DNA of 64,000 nucleotides from Escherichia coli (GTDB lineage Bacteria; Pseudomonadota; Gammaproteobacteria; Enterobacterales; Enterobacteriaceae): NCBI RefSeq assembly GCF_044647545.1, contig NZ_CP172818.1; one strand, 5' to 3'. Shown piece by piece: positions 11,162 to 20,553 of this stretch (position 1 is its first letter; each line of letters starts with the position of its first letter). The notes under the pieces were generated by a model. It saw only the letters and a program-made list of their open reading frames with translations, ran no database searches and was not told where the DNA came from. The position numbers and the translations under genes were made by a program.

Positions 11162-11323
11162 GGCATTTATGAAATGTCGTAATTAAGATAACTAATAAGG
11201 TGAATATTAGCAAAACAACTAATGACATTATTGGTTTATAGTGATCAGTATTTTTACTAATAATGAACCAATATACCCATAAGCAATGCAAGCTTAAAAC
11301 TCATAATTCAAAAAGATAAATGC

Positions 11324-11341
11324 AAAAAAAAAAAAAAAAAA
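11324..11341. repeat. Poly(A) homopolymer tract (18 nt)
   Basis: Directly read: 18 consecutive A between ygeF and ygeG, inside the spurious 5' extension of the 11320..11889 ORF. Confidence 0.95.
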
Positions 11342-11397
11342 TCAATGAGTCAATCAATAATAATTTAGCATCACGAAACACATCACAGAGGAATATT

Positions 11398-11889
11398 ATG
11401 AGCACAGATACACTTGAAATATTCAATAACAGTGATGAATGGGCAAGTCAACTAAAACACGCATTATCGCAAGGAGAAAATCTGGCATTACTACATGGAT
11501 TGACTCCTGATATCCTTGATAGAATATATGCATATGCATTCGACTACCATGAAAAAGGTAATATAACGGACGCAGAAATTTATTATAAATTTCTGTGCAT
11601 TTATGCGTTCGAAAATCATGAATATCTAAAAGGTTTTGCATCAGTATGCCAGTCAAAAAAGAAATATCAACAAGCATATGACCTTTACAAACTAAGTTAC
11701 AATTACTCCCCGTATGATGACTATTCAGTTATTTATCGTATGGGTCAATGTCAAATTGGGGCTAAAAATATCGATAACGCAATGCAATGTTTCTATCATA
11801 TTATTAACAATTGTGAGGATGAAAGTGTTAAGAGCAAAGCGCAGGCATATATTGAACTCTTAACCGATAATTCAGAAGATAATGGCTAA
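11398..11889 (+). CDS. ygeG: Type III secretion class II chaperone (SycD/LcrH/SicA family, TPR repeats)
   Basis: True start at ATG 11398 (MSTDTLEIFNNSDEWASQLK...), 163 aa; TPR-like repeats (YYKFLCIYAF..., YDLYKLSYNYSPYD...). Confidence 0.8.
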   Translation: MSTDTLEIFNNSDEWASQLKHALSQGENLALLHGLTPDILDRIYAYAFDYHEKGNITDAEIYYKFLCIYAFENHEYLKGFASVCQSKKKYQQAYDLYKLSYNYSPYDDYSVIYRMGQCQIGAKNIDNAMQCFYHIINNCEDESVKSKAQAYIELLTDNSEDNG

Positions 11890-12223
11890 GCATTACAAGC
11901 ATTTGGTTAAAATTGCTGGTTATAGTGCAGTTAACCACTATGACCAGCTTCTCTTATGTTTTCTTAAATCAACATCTTAAAACAGTTAAGAACACACTAT
12001 AAATTACTATTTTTCAACGCGTTAGAGAACAATCTATTTTATCAAAATTGAATAAGACTATTTCAGATTACATCACTGAATTCCTAAGATAAATTAGTGA
12101 ACACAACCATAGATATGTCGAATGTAAACTCCTGTAGCATTAATGACACATAAATATGAATAGCCACAATTTCTATTGCTTATGCAGGATGCAAGAAACC
12201 AATTTTTTCATAGAGGTTAACTA

Positions 12224-13600
12224 ATGGACTTAGAAAATAAATTCTCATATCATTTTCTTGAGGGATTAACGCTCACGGAAGATGGAATTCTTACTCAAGG
12301 AAATGAGCAGATTTATATTCCACCGAAAGAGTTAGGAGTATTGATCGTATTACTTGAATCCGCTGGTCATGTTGTCCTGAAAGATATGATCATCGAATCA
12401 GTATGGAAAAATATTATTGTAAGTGACGAGTCCCTGACAAGATGTATCTATTCTTTGCGCTGCATTTTTGAAAAAATTGGCTATGATCGTTGCATAGAAA
12501 CAATCTACCGGAAAGGTTATCGTTTCAGTGGACAGGTTTTCAAAACTAAAATAAATGAAGATAACACTTCAGACTATTCCATAGCTATATTTCCTTTCAC
12601 CACTTCATTGAATACCCTGGATCCATTAATACTTAATCAGGAATTAGTGCAAAACATTTCGGATAAAAAATTCGATGGCCTTTATACCTATCCGATGGCT
12701 GCGACAAATTTTTGTAATGATCACATAACGCAAAATTCATTTTTGAGAAGATTCAAGCCAGATTATTTCGTTACAGGAAGAATAAACCAGAATAACGCGG
12801 TGAAAACTTTATACATTGAACTGATCGACGCTAAAAATCTTTTCCTCATCGCCAGTAATCATCTTCCTGTTGATGAACTACATAACACATCACAATTTAT
12901 TATAGATAATATCCTTCAAACGGTACATAATCCAGAGCGTTCTGTAAGATTAGCTAAACCGAACCAAGGTTACAAGAATCATTATTTATCAGATGAACTG
13001 TTGGCTGGTAAGAAAGAACTTTACGAGTTTACTCCTGAAAGCATTTACAGGGCTATGGCTATATTTGATGGATTACAAAATAAAAGTGATATACAGACGC
13101 TAAAAATAGAATGTTATTGTCTGCTAGCGGAATGCCATATGTCTTTGGCACTTCATGGAAAGTATGAACTTGAACTTGCTGCTCAAAAAGCATTAGAGCT
13201 TTTACATTATGTATCAGACATAACCAATGTCGATGGAAAAATTTTAGCTATTATGGGACTGATAACTGGTTTGTCTGGACAAGCAAAAGTATCTCATATC
13301 TTATTTGAACAGGCTAAGATACACACAACTGATATAGCCTCTCTCTACTACTATAGAGCACTTGTCAATTTTCATAATGAAAGAATTGAAGAGGCAAGGA
13401 TTTGTATAGACAAATCACTACAACTCGAACCCAGAAGACGAAAAGCAGTTGTGATAAAAGAGTGTGTAGATATGTATGTGCCTAACCCGCTCAAAAGCAA
13501 CATGAAACTCTACTATAAAGAAACTTCGAGTGAAAGCCATCGAGTGATAATTGACAACATTTTGAAACTAAAGCAACTAACGAGAATTTGTATGCGATAA
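12224..13600 (+). CDS. ygeH: HilA-like transcriptional regulator (N-terminal OmpR/ToxR-type winged helix, C-terminal TPR-like domain)
   Basis: 458 aa ORF; N-terminal region resembles a trans_reg_C DNA-binding domain (...[16 protein letters not shown]); matches YgeH. Confidence 0.85.
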   Translation: MDLENKFSYHFLEGLTLTEDGILTQGNEQIYIPPKELGVLIVLLESAGHVVLKDMIIESVWKNIIVSDESLTRCIYSLRCIFEKIGYDRCIETIYRKGYRFSGQVFKTKINEDNTSDYSIAIFPFTTSLNTLDPLILNQELVQNISDKKFDGLYTYPMAATNFCNDHITQNSFLRRFKPDYFVTGRINQNNAVKTLYIELIDAKNLFLIASNHLPVDELHNTSQFIIDNILQTVHNPERSVRLAKPNQGYKNHYLSDELLAGKKELYEFTPESIYRAMAIFDGLQNKSDIQTLKIECYCLLAECHMSLALHGKYELELAAQKALELLHYVSDITNVDGKILAIMGLITGLSGQAKVSHILFEQAKIHTTDIASLYYYRALVNFHNERIEEARICIDKSLQLEPRRRKAVVIKECVDMYVPNPLKSNMKLYYKETSSESHRVIIDNILKLKQLTRICMR

Positions 13601-13767
13601 ATCTTTATTGTCGCAATTTTATTGTTTAGATGTATGCAACTGGTTATGTAAACAACAGAGATGAAAACATCTAAGATAATTACCTTATTGCAATATATAT
13701 CAAATACTCTAGATTAAAAAGTATTGTGTATAGGCTATTGGCCTGGACAAATAAAAAAGGGAACTTT

Positions 13768-13986
13768 ATGACTAATCCAATCAATATGAATAATTTTTCT
13801 CAAAGTTTAAATATAGCAACCGCAACGGGTGATGAAGTCGTTTCATTAGATAAACACATCACCACCAGTGCTACTGATACAGATCAAATACAAGCATTTA
13901 TAGTTTCAACATGGATGGCATCTTTTCAAAATGATATGTATTCGAAAGATAATCCTATCTCTCCTTACTATGAACTGGAATGGTAG
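13768..13986 (+). CDS. ygeI: Small ETT2 protein of unknown function
   Basis: ATG at 13768 preceded by aaaaaaGGGAAct SD; 72 aa (MTNPINMNNFSQSL...); the upstream in-frame extension in the ORF track is unlikely. Confidence 0.65.
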   Translation: MTNPINMNNFSQSLNIATATGDEVVSLDKHITTSATDTDQIQAFIVSTWMASFQNDMYSKDNPISPYYELEW

Positions 13987-14069
13987 ATAATTGACCACTT
14001 AAATGATTAACGAGATACTGAATATATTAGTATCTCGTTCCTTTCCTTCAATCCTACACATAAAAATAT

Positions 14070-14573
14070 ATGCGCTTACCCAAAGTTAAAATCTTATCCA
14101 TCTTCATGTTTTCTATATTAATTACAAAAATGTCTTTCGCCAGTAGCGCTTGCTTTAATGAAGCAGGATCAATTTTCAGAATCGAACCAAATTTGATCAA
14201 AGCTATCGCTCTTGTTGAAAGTAATTTAAAAAATGATAGCATCGGCAAGAACAGGGATAAGAAAAACAATATAAAGAGTTTTGATTATGGTTTAATGCAG
14301 ATAAACCAGATGCACATTCCCATGTTAAAAAAACGTGGAATAATAAAAGATGAACGAGATTTGTTAGATAACCCCTGCCTGAACATTAAAATAGGGACCG
14401 AGATTTTATATAATCATTTTTCACGTTGTGGGGTAACGTGGCAATGTCTGGGGACATATAACGCGGGTTTTGCAATGGAAAACCAAAAAAAGAGGCTGCA
14501 ATATGCAAAAAAAATATATGTTGTATATACCAGACTTAATGAAATAGACAAGCGTAAGGCTTTAGCAAAATGA
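14070..14573 (+). CDS. pbl: IagB/IpgF-like lytic transglycosylase (Slt domain) with signal peptide
   Basis: 167 aa ORF; N-terminal signal peptide (ILSIFMFSILITKMSFA) and lytic transglycosylase core motifs (AIALVESNL...DYGLMQIN...YNAG). Confidence 0.8.
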   Translation: MRLPKVKILSIFMFSILITKMSFASSACFNEAGSIFRIEPNLIKAIALVESNLKNDSIGKNRDKKNNIKSFDYGLMQINQMHIPMLKKRGIIKDERDLLDNPCLNIKIGTEILYNHFSRCGVTWQCLGTYNAGFAMENQKKRLQYAKKIYVVYTRLNEIDKRKALAK

Positions 14574-14592
14574 GCCTAAAGCCTCTTTTTTT
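14557..14592 (+). terminator. Rho-independent terminator at the pbl 3' end (stop codon inside the loop)
   Basis: Inverted repeat aggctttag / ctaaagcct followed by cttttttt. Confidence 0.6.
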
Positions 14593-15223
14593 ATATAGTG
14601 CAAACACCCATACGTAAAGCTGTTTTGATCAACTCGATACCACTGTGAACATCTAATTTCTTCATGATATTGAGTCTATGAGTTTCGACTGTTTTCCTGC
14701 TTAACTGCAAGAAATTAGCGATTTCTTTGTTTGTTTTTCCATCAGCTATGAGTTGTAGTATTTCAGACTCACGATTTGTAAGTTGATTATCAGAGGAATA
14801 TCTTGAAGATATTTTTTCACAATCCATATGTACACTATCAAAATAAGTGTAACCATTACTAATCGAATCAATAGCGCGATTTAGTTTCGCCGGGTGACTG
14901 GTTTTCCATACGCATCCTTTCGCACCGGCTTCAAGCAATTTTATTGAATCAATATACGGCATTTTTGCTACAAATGTAATAATATGAGCATCTATTTTAT
15001 GCGATTTAACCCATTTTATGAGTTCGGACCCCATCATTCCACCTGCAAATTCTCCTAAAATAAATATTTGGGCTGCAGATTTGTTACACTCCGCTATAGC
15101 TTTCTTCAGATCTTTATAGCCCCCAACAACCTCATATAAATCGGGATAATGTCCGAGAAATCCAATTATCCCATCAATCATAAACGGCTGCTGATCTGAA
15201 ACTACAATTATAATCTTTCCCAT
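14591..15223 (-). CDS. ygeK: LuxR/FixJ-family response regulator (REC + HTH_LuxR), SsrB-like orphan
   Basis: Start at ATG 15223 ([13 protein letters not shown]...) with AGGA SD, 210 aa; C-terminal LuxR HTH ([43 protein letters not shown]). Confidence 0.82.
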   Translation of the reverse strand: MGKIIIVVSDQQPFMIDGIIGFLGHYPDLYEVVGGYKDLKKAIAECNKSAAQIFILGEFAGGMMGSELIKWVKSHKIDAHIITFVAKMPYIDSIKLLEAGAKGCVWKTSHPAKLNRAIDSISNGYTYFDSVHMDCEKISSRYSSDNQLTNRESEILQLIADGKTNKEIANFLQLSRKTVETHRLNIMKKLDVHSGIELIKTALRMGVCTI

Positions 15224-15445
15224 ATATTCATCCTGAGTGTAAATGCAATAACGCATTCATTTATAATCATCCCTTCCATTATTATTATAAGCAAAATCCA
15301 AAGAATACATTGATGAAATAATAATGAAATATAATTAAAAATAAAATTTTCGCGTAAGCAGAATAACACCAGTGTTGAAAAATCATTAGGCGTTTAAAAT
15401 ATTAGAATTAGATTATATTCAAGTTATTAAACCGGAGACAGTGAT

Positions 15446-16153
15446 CTATAAGTCCTCTGGGTTCGTCAAATCAGAATTATTCATAGCCAAAGAATCTATT
15501 TCACACATTCTTTCAACTAAATAATGTCTGGCATGTTCACAGATTTCATTAACCTTGTCAGGGGAAAAACAGTGATTGCTAATTAAATATTGCTCACAAT
15601 TATCCACAAATTCCTGCGGACTAAATTCAGCAATAAATTGATCTGTAAAAAAAATAAAACGTTTGTCATCATGATATGAAATATGGACATTCCATATTGA
15701 CTTGTCGACAAAATATGACTCTACTTCAATAGACTTATCTTTGAAACTGGTAGGTATATAGAGATTTAAAGGGCCTGATATTGACGGTAATTTTGTTACC
15801 CAACTTTCAAAAATTTTGATAAAAACTTCAACTTCCTCTGAAGATTTTAACAATATGCTCTTCAGATCGTTTATCATGTTTACTCTGTTTTTTTCTAATT
15901 CTGAGCTCAGCAAACTTATCAAGGGTATAAAATTATCCATCACATCAATAATGCCTTTCGCATAGCCATCATAATAACCTTGAATAATTTTTTCTTCTCT
16001 CTTTCCCTCAATACTCTGAATTTTTGCGGTGGTTTCAAGAAGGATCTGTTCTTTTAGAGAAACTATTTCTTTCAATCCATCAGAAATTATTCTTTTAATC
16101 ACAACACCATTTGCAGGAGAGTTTATCAAGCTCATCTCTATTTTTTTTCGCAT
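15446..16153 (-). CDS. ygeN: OrgB/SctL-like type III secretion remnant protein
   Basis: ORF 15446..16216; start at ATG 16153 (MRKKIEMSL...) with GGAGA SD; AT-rich. Assignment to the OrgB family is from memory of ETT2 annotation, not from motifs I can verify. Confidence 0.6.
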   Translation of the reverse strand: MRKKIEMSLINSPANGVVIKRIISDGLKEIVSLKEQILLETTAKIQSIEGKREEKIIQGYYDGYAKGIIDVMDNFIPLISLLSSELEKNRVNMINDLKSILLKSSEEVEVFIKIFESWVTKLPSISGPLNLYIPTSFKDKSIEVESYFVDKSIWNVHISYHDDKRFIFFTDQFIAEFSPQEFVDNCEQYLISNHCFSPDKVNEICEHARHYLVERMCEIDSLAMNNSDLTNPEDL

Positions 16154-16493
16154 AAAATGTAATTCTCTCCAAAAGAGTAGACGCAACTGGTAACGGCAAT
16201 TGTATGTGGTCAACAAAATCAGGAAATAATAAATTAAATCGTTGCTGCATTGCCAACGGTTGTTGCCTTACATAGGGCAACAACGTTGAAAAACCACATG
16301 TGATGATATTCTGATAGTTAACGATGCCAGGTTTATATCGTGCCTTTTCATTTATTTCCACCGGTATCGCTGATAAATAATTCCTTAGCACATCAGGAAC
16401 CTTGTAAAAAAATCCGCGTTCTGCAAACCTTTCTCGATAAAAGTGACAACCACTGAGTAAACAGATCAATGGAAATAATTTCCAATTGTTTAT
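16095..16493 (-). pseudogene. ygeO: OrgA/SctK-like type III secretion gene remnant, 5'-truncated by IS2
   Basis: Reading frame 16095..16520 runs upstream into the IS2 left inverted repeat (which begins at 16494), so its apparent start codon is IS-derived; overlaps ygeN start in another frame. Confidence 0.6.
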
Positions 16494-16504
16494 TGGATTT
16501 GCCC

Positions 16505-17410
16505 CTATATTTCCAGACATCTGTTATCACTTAACCCATTACAAGCCCGCTGCCGCAGATATTCCCGTGGCGAGCGATAACCCAGCGCACTATGCGGATG
16601 CCATTCGTTATAATGCTCGAACGCCTCTGCAAGGTTCTTTGCTGCCGTTAACCCGTCTGGTTTGGGCATGATACTGATGTAGTCACGCTTTATCGTTTTC
16701 ACGAAGCTCTCTGCTATTCCGTTACTCTCCGGACTCCGCACCGCCGTGTTCTTCGGTTCAAGTCCCAACATCCGGGCGAACTGGCGTGTTTCATTAGCCC
16801 GGTAGCATGAACCATTATCCGTCAGCCACTCCACTGGAGACGACGGAAGATCGTTGCCGAAGCGGCGTTCCACCGCTCCCAGCATGACGTCCTGTACTGT
16901 TTCACTGTTGAAGCCGCCGGTAGTGACCGCCCAGTGCAGTGCCTCACGATCACAGCAGTCCAGCGCGAACGTGACACGCAGTCTCTCTCCGTTATCACAG
17001 CAGAACTCGAACCCGTCAGAGCACCATCGCTGATTGCTTTCTTTCACGGCCACTCTGCCTGTATGTGCCCGTTTCGATGGCGGTACAGCAGGTTTTCGCT
17101 CAAGCAACAGCGCATTCTGGCGCATGATCCGGTAAACACGTTTGGCATTGATCGCAGGCATACCATCAAGTTCTGCCTGTCTGCGAAGCAGCGCCCATAC
17201 CCGACGATAACCATACGTTGGCAGCTCTCCGATAACATGGTGTATACGGAGAAGCACATCCGTATCATCAGTGTGACGACTGCGGCGGCCATCCATCCAG
17301 TCATCGGTTCGTCTGAGAATGACGTGCAACTGCGCACGCGACACCCGGAGACAACGGCTGACTAAGCTTACTCCCCATCCCCGGGCAATAAGGGCGCGTG
17401 CGCTATCCAC
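16505..17410 (-). CDS. insD: IS2 transposase OrfB (DDE integrase domain)
   Basis: 301 aa ORF recognised as IS2 InsD. Confidence 0.92.
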
Positions 17411-17733
17411 TTTTTTGCCCGTCCATATTCAACGGCTTCTTTGAGGAGTTCATTTTCCATCGTTTTCTTGCCGAGCAGGCGCTGGAGTTCTTTAATCTGC
17501 TTCATGGCGGCAGCAAGTTCAGAGGCAGGAACAACCTGTTCTCCGGCGGCGACAGCAGTAAGACTTCCTTCCTGGTATTGCTTACGCCAGAGAAATAACT
17601 GGCTGGCTGCTACACCATGTTGCCGGGCAACGAGGGAGACCGTCATCCCCGGTTCAAAGCTCTGCTGAACAATTGCGATCTTTTCCTGTGTGGTACGCCG
17701 TCTGCGTTTCTCCGGCCCTAAGACATCAATCAT
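17368..17733 (-). CDS. insC: IS2 OrfA (HTH DNA-binding protein)
   Basis: Start [18 protein letters not shown]... at 17733; overlaps insD in the -1 frame as in IS3-family elements. Confidence 0.9.
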
Positions 17734-17824
17734 CTGTTCTCCAATGACTAGTCTAAAAACTAGTATTAAGACTATCACTTATTTAAGTGATATTGGTTGT
17801 CTGGAGATTCAGGGGGCCAGTCTA

Positions 17825-19003
17825 AACTTGCTCTTTTCTTCTGGTATTTATCTTTGAAAGATTTGCAGGATAAATAACATTAAGTAAAGCCGCATCGGCT
17901 TCTCTGTAATGTTTATCTTTTTCCAGATAACCTGGGGATTCTCCCCCTAAATCAAGCTGTAACGTTATTCTTTCATAACCTTTATCTATGAGGTGGTTCA
18001 ACCTCGTTGTTGAAAAAGTTGCATCCAGTTCATTGGCTTTAGCTTCGCGTAGTAAATCAGAGACAAAAACAGAGTCTTTCTTCGAGAGTAGGTTTGACAA
18101 ACGTTCCAGTCCAGAGGTCACCAGTGCAACGGAAGATGTGTTTAATCGGGCATCTTCTTCCCACGCTCCGGAATCTTCCATAATATAGAAATTGGCTTCA
18201 TCCAGATAAGCAATCAGCAGCGCAACCGATTTTAATCGGTCACCTTTTTGCCAATCTTCAGCGTTAATAGTACCAGTGTCGATTGCTTGTATAAGGAGAT
18301 CAAGATAAAGACCTAACGCATCATTTTGTTTATGGTTCCACAGCTGCGGCTTGCCTTCTTCCTGCACATCTGCCATCACGGGGGAGTTGCTGTCAAATCG
18401 GATATGTACAGCATTCATTTGCCCAGGAATACCATCCAGTCGTTTTGGGTTGCTAATGACGTCCTGCATCCGCTTAATCTGGTCGGGCGTAGACATATAA
18501 TCCCACAGAGTGAGCAGAACCTTTTTTGCGGCTACACTATTTCCCTGATCTGATACTAATGCCATATAGCCCCATAAACTATCCCTCAGCCAGACAGCAT
18601 CATAGTGGGTTTCTGCCGCTGTTTTGTCATCTTCGAAAGTAGAAGCAAGAATAAATGTTCCCCAGGGTTTCTCCGTCAACGTTAACTTTCGTGTATTTTC
18701 TGTTAATGTTAACAATCCTTGAATTTCGTCTTTGGTATAGTGGCTCTTTATTTCATTTTTTAATTTGGCTGAGTGAATCAGAAGACGATAATTAGGATAC
18801 TTATCTGGATTTAACGATAAATAACTTTTATCAGTTGCTGCCCCCGTGGAATTAAGAATGTTAAATACAGATTCACTCGTCACTTCTGCCCCTGTCGCCT
18901 GGCATGTGCCGCACGAAAATATACCAGCGAGCAGAAGAGTTAATGTAGATTTCCCTTTCATAAAAGATTCCATCAATCGTTTGTTAAAAGCGTAGATAAC
19001 CAC
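17825..19003 (-). CDS. ygeQ: ETT2-associated putative exported protein, 3' end interrupted by IS2
   Basis: 393 aa ORF whose stop codon (17822-17824) lies inside the IS2 terminal repeat, so the native C-terminus is missing; N-terminal signal-like segment (MKGKSTLTLLLAGIFSCGTCQA). Confidence 0.6.
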
Positions 19004-19194
19004 TTATTTAACAACTTGAAAATAAGGTATTTTACCTGGGTTGTTACAAAAGGATTGCATTGCGTAAACGCTTTTTATTTACAAAAAAATGGGGAAGTGT
19101 TACAGCGATTGCGAAAAGTCTGAAGCAATTGAATTAAGATAATATAGAAAGTCAGATACAGCAAAAATGGCAGGTTGATGAGGTGAAGATAAAT

Positions 19195-19268
19195 TGGAGC
19201 GGGCGAAGGGAATCGAACCCTCGTATAGAGCTTGGGAAGCTCTCGTTCTACCATTGAACTACGCCCGC
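19195..19268 (-). tRNA. glyU: tRNA-Gly (CCC anticodon)
   Basis: Reverse complement reads gcgggcgtagttcaatggtagaacgagagcttcccaagctctatacgagggttcgattcccttcgcccgctcca, with T-arm GGTTCGATTCC, anticodon loop cttCCCaag and encoded CCA. Confidence 0.93.
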
Positions 19269-19346
19269 TTCGAGATGCGTAAGGCATTATAAACCTTACG
19301 CTCTCCTTAGCAAGTACCGCGCTGCTGACTGCTGATTAATTCGCCA

Positions 19347-20102
19347 TCAGCATTTTGGCTTGCTGCCCTGAGGCGGCAAGTAACGTAGCGGATCAATTGC
19401 CGTTGCACGGTAACGAATCTGGAAATGCAGGCGAACCGATGCCGCATCAGTGCTCCCCATAGTGGCGATTTTTTGCCCAGCCTTCACGCTTTGCCCATTA
19501 TTTACCAGCATCGTGTCATTATGAGCGTAAGCCGTAATGTAATCTTCACTGTGTTTAATCATGATGAGATTACCGTAGCCACGCAGCTGGTTGCCCACAT
19601 ACACCACCTTTCCTGCACCCGCGGCGTAAATAGGTGTACCCCGTGGAGCTGAGATATCAATCCCTTTATTGCCGCCATCAGCTGTCGAATACGGCATGAT
19701 AACTTTCCCTGTCGTTGGCCATAACCAACAACGTTGCCCTACTGGCGGCCAGGAAGATTTCGGTACTGCTGATGACGGTGTAACCGATGCGGTTTTGGTC
19801 GTTGATTTGGCGGTTGATTTACGTGTACTGCTACTTTTCGCCCCACCCAGTTTTAGTTTCTGACCAACTTCAATGGTGTAAGGGGGGGAAATGCCGTTCA
19901 GTCGCGCCAGCTCTTTTACGCTGGTTCCCGTGGTGCGCGAAATACGATATAGCGTATCCCCCCGTTTCACGGTGTAAACGGAGCCGGAATACGTTCCTGT
20001 ATCGGATGATTTGCTACCCGAGCAGCCCGCCAAAAGCAGTCCAACCGATAACAACATCACGATACCCAGAGATTTTTTATTCAGGCGTCCCGCACTCAAA
20101 AT
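19347..20102 (-). CDS. ygeR: Lipoprotein with LysM domain and M23 (LytM) peptidase domain
   Basis: Start at MSAGRLNKKSLGIVMLLSVGLLLAGCSG (lipobox LAGC); LysM motif (YTVKRGDTLYRISRTTGTSVKELARLNGI); C-terminal M23 region. Confidence 0.88.
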   Translation of the reverse strand: MLSAGRLNKKSLGIVMLLSVGLLLAGCSGSKSSDTGTYSGSVYTVKRGDTLYRISRTTGTSVKELARLNGISPPYTIEVGQKLKLGGAKSSSTRKSTAKSTTKTASVTPSSAVPKSSWPPVGQRCWLWPTTGKVIMPYSTADGGNKGIDISAPRGTPIYAAGAGKVVYVGNQLRGYGNLIMIKHSEDYITAYAHNDTMLVNNGQSVKAGQKIATMGSTDAASVRLHFQIRYRATAIDPLRYLPPQGSKPKC

Positions 20103-20553
20103 CTTTCCTCGCTTAAAAAACAAGACGCCATATCATAGCAGCCAGCCTCTTGATACCCAATCTCTTGCTTCTGGAAAAACGCGGTAATAGAGAAAGAGGT
20201 TAATTTCATTTGGCAAAGGGAAGTATCATCAGCAAAATATTCACTGTAGAGGTATCGAATTTCCTGACTCATTTACCCTATTTCCCATCCTGATGCGTAA
20301 TAATCCCAATTTATCACATTGATTTTATCGCCACTCATATTGATACGTATCACTGCCCCTATTCAGGGTCCTGTTTCGTATCATATCTGTGTTTTTTTAA
20401 CATCATCACACTTCCTTCCTCCCTTAACGCTTATCGTCGTTTCTGGCGTAAATCTTGCCTGCTTAGACTAAATCTTTGCCATAAGAACCAAATGTTCAAA
20501 TCGAGGGGATTTCTATGGAAGCGCGGGAAGCAACCGCTACAGGTGAATCATGC

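Larger units (their letters stand above)
16494..17824 (-). mobile_element. IS2 insertion sequence (IS3 family), about 1331 bp
   Basis: Ends recognised: tggatttgcccctatatttccagacatctgttatcacttaacc at 16494 and ...cttatttaagtgatattggttgtctggagattcagggggccagtcta ending 17824; contains insC/insD in the orfA/orfB frameshift arrangement. Confidence 0.92.

Noticed and set aside
11320-11397. 5' extension of ygeG beginning MQKKKKKINES...
   Set aside because: The extension is translation of the 18-nt poly(A) tract; the ATG at 11398 is the plausible start.
16494-16520. Apparent Met start of the ygeO reading frame
   Set aside because: The start codon lies inside the IS2 terminal inverted repeat, so it is IS-derived rather than a native gene start.
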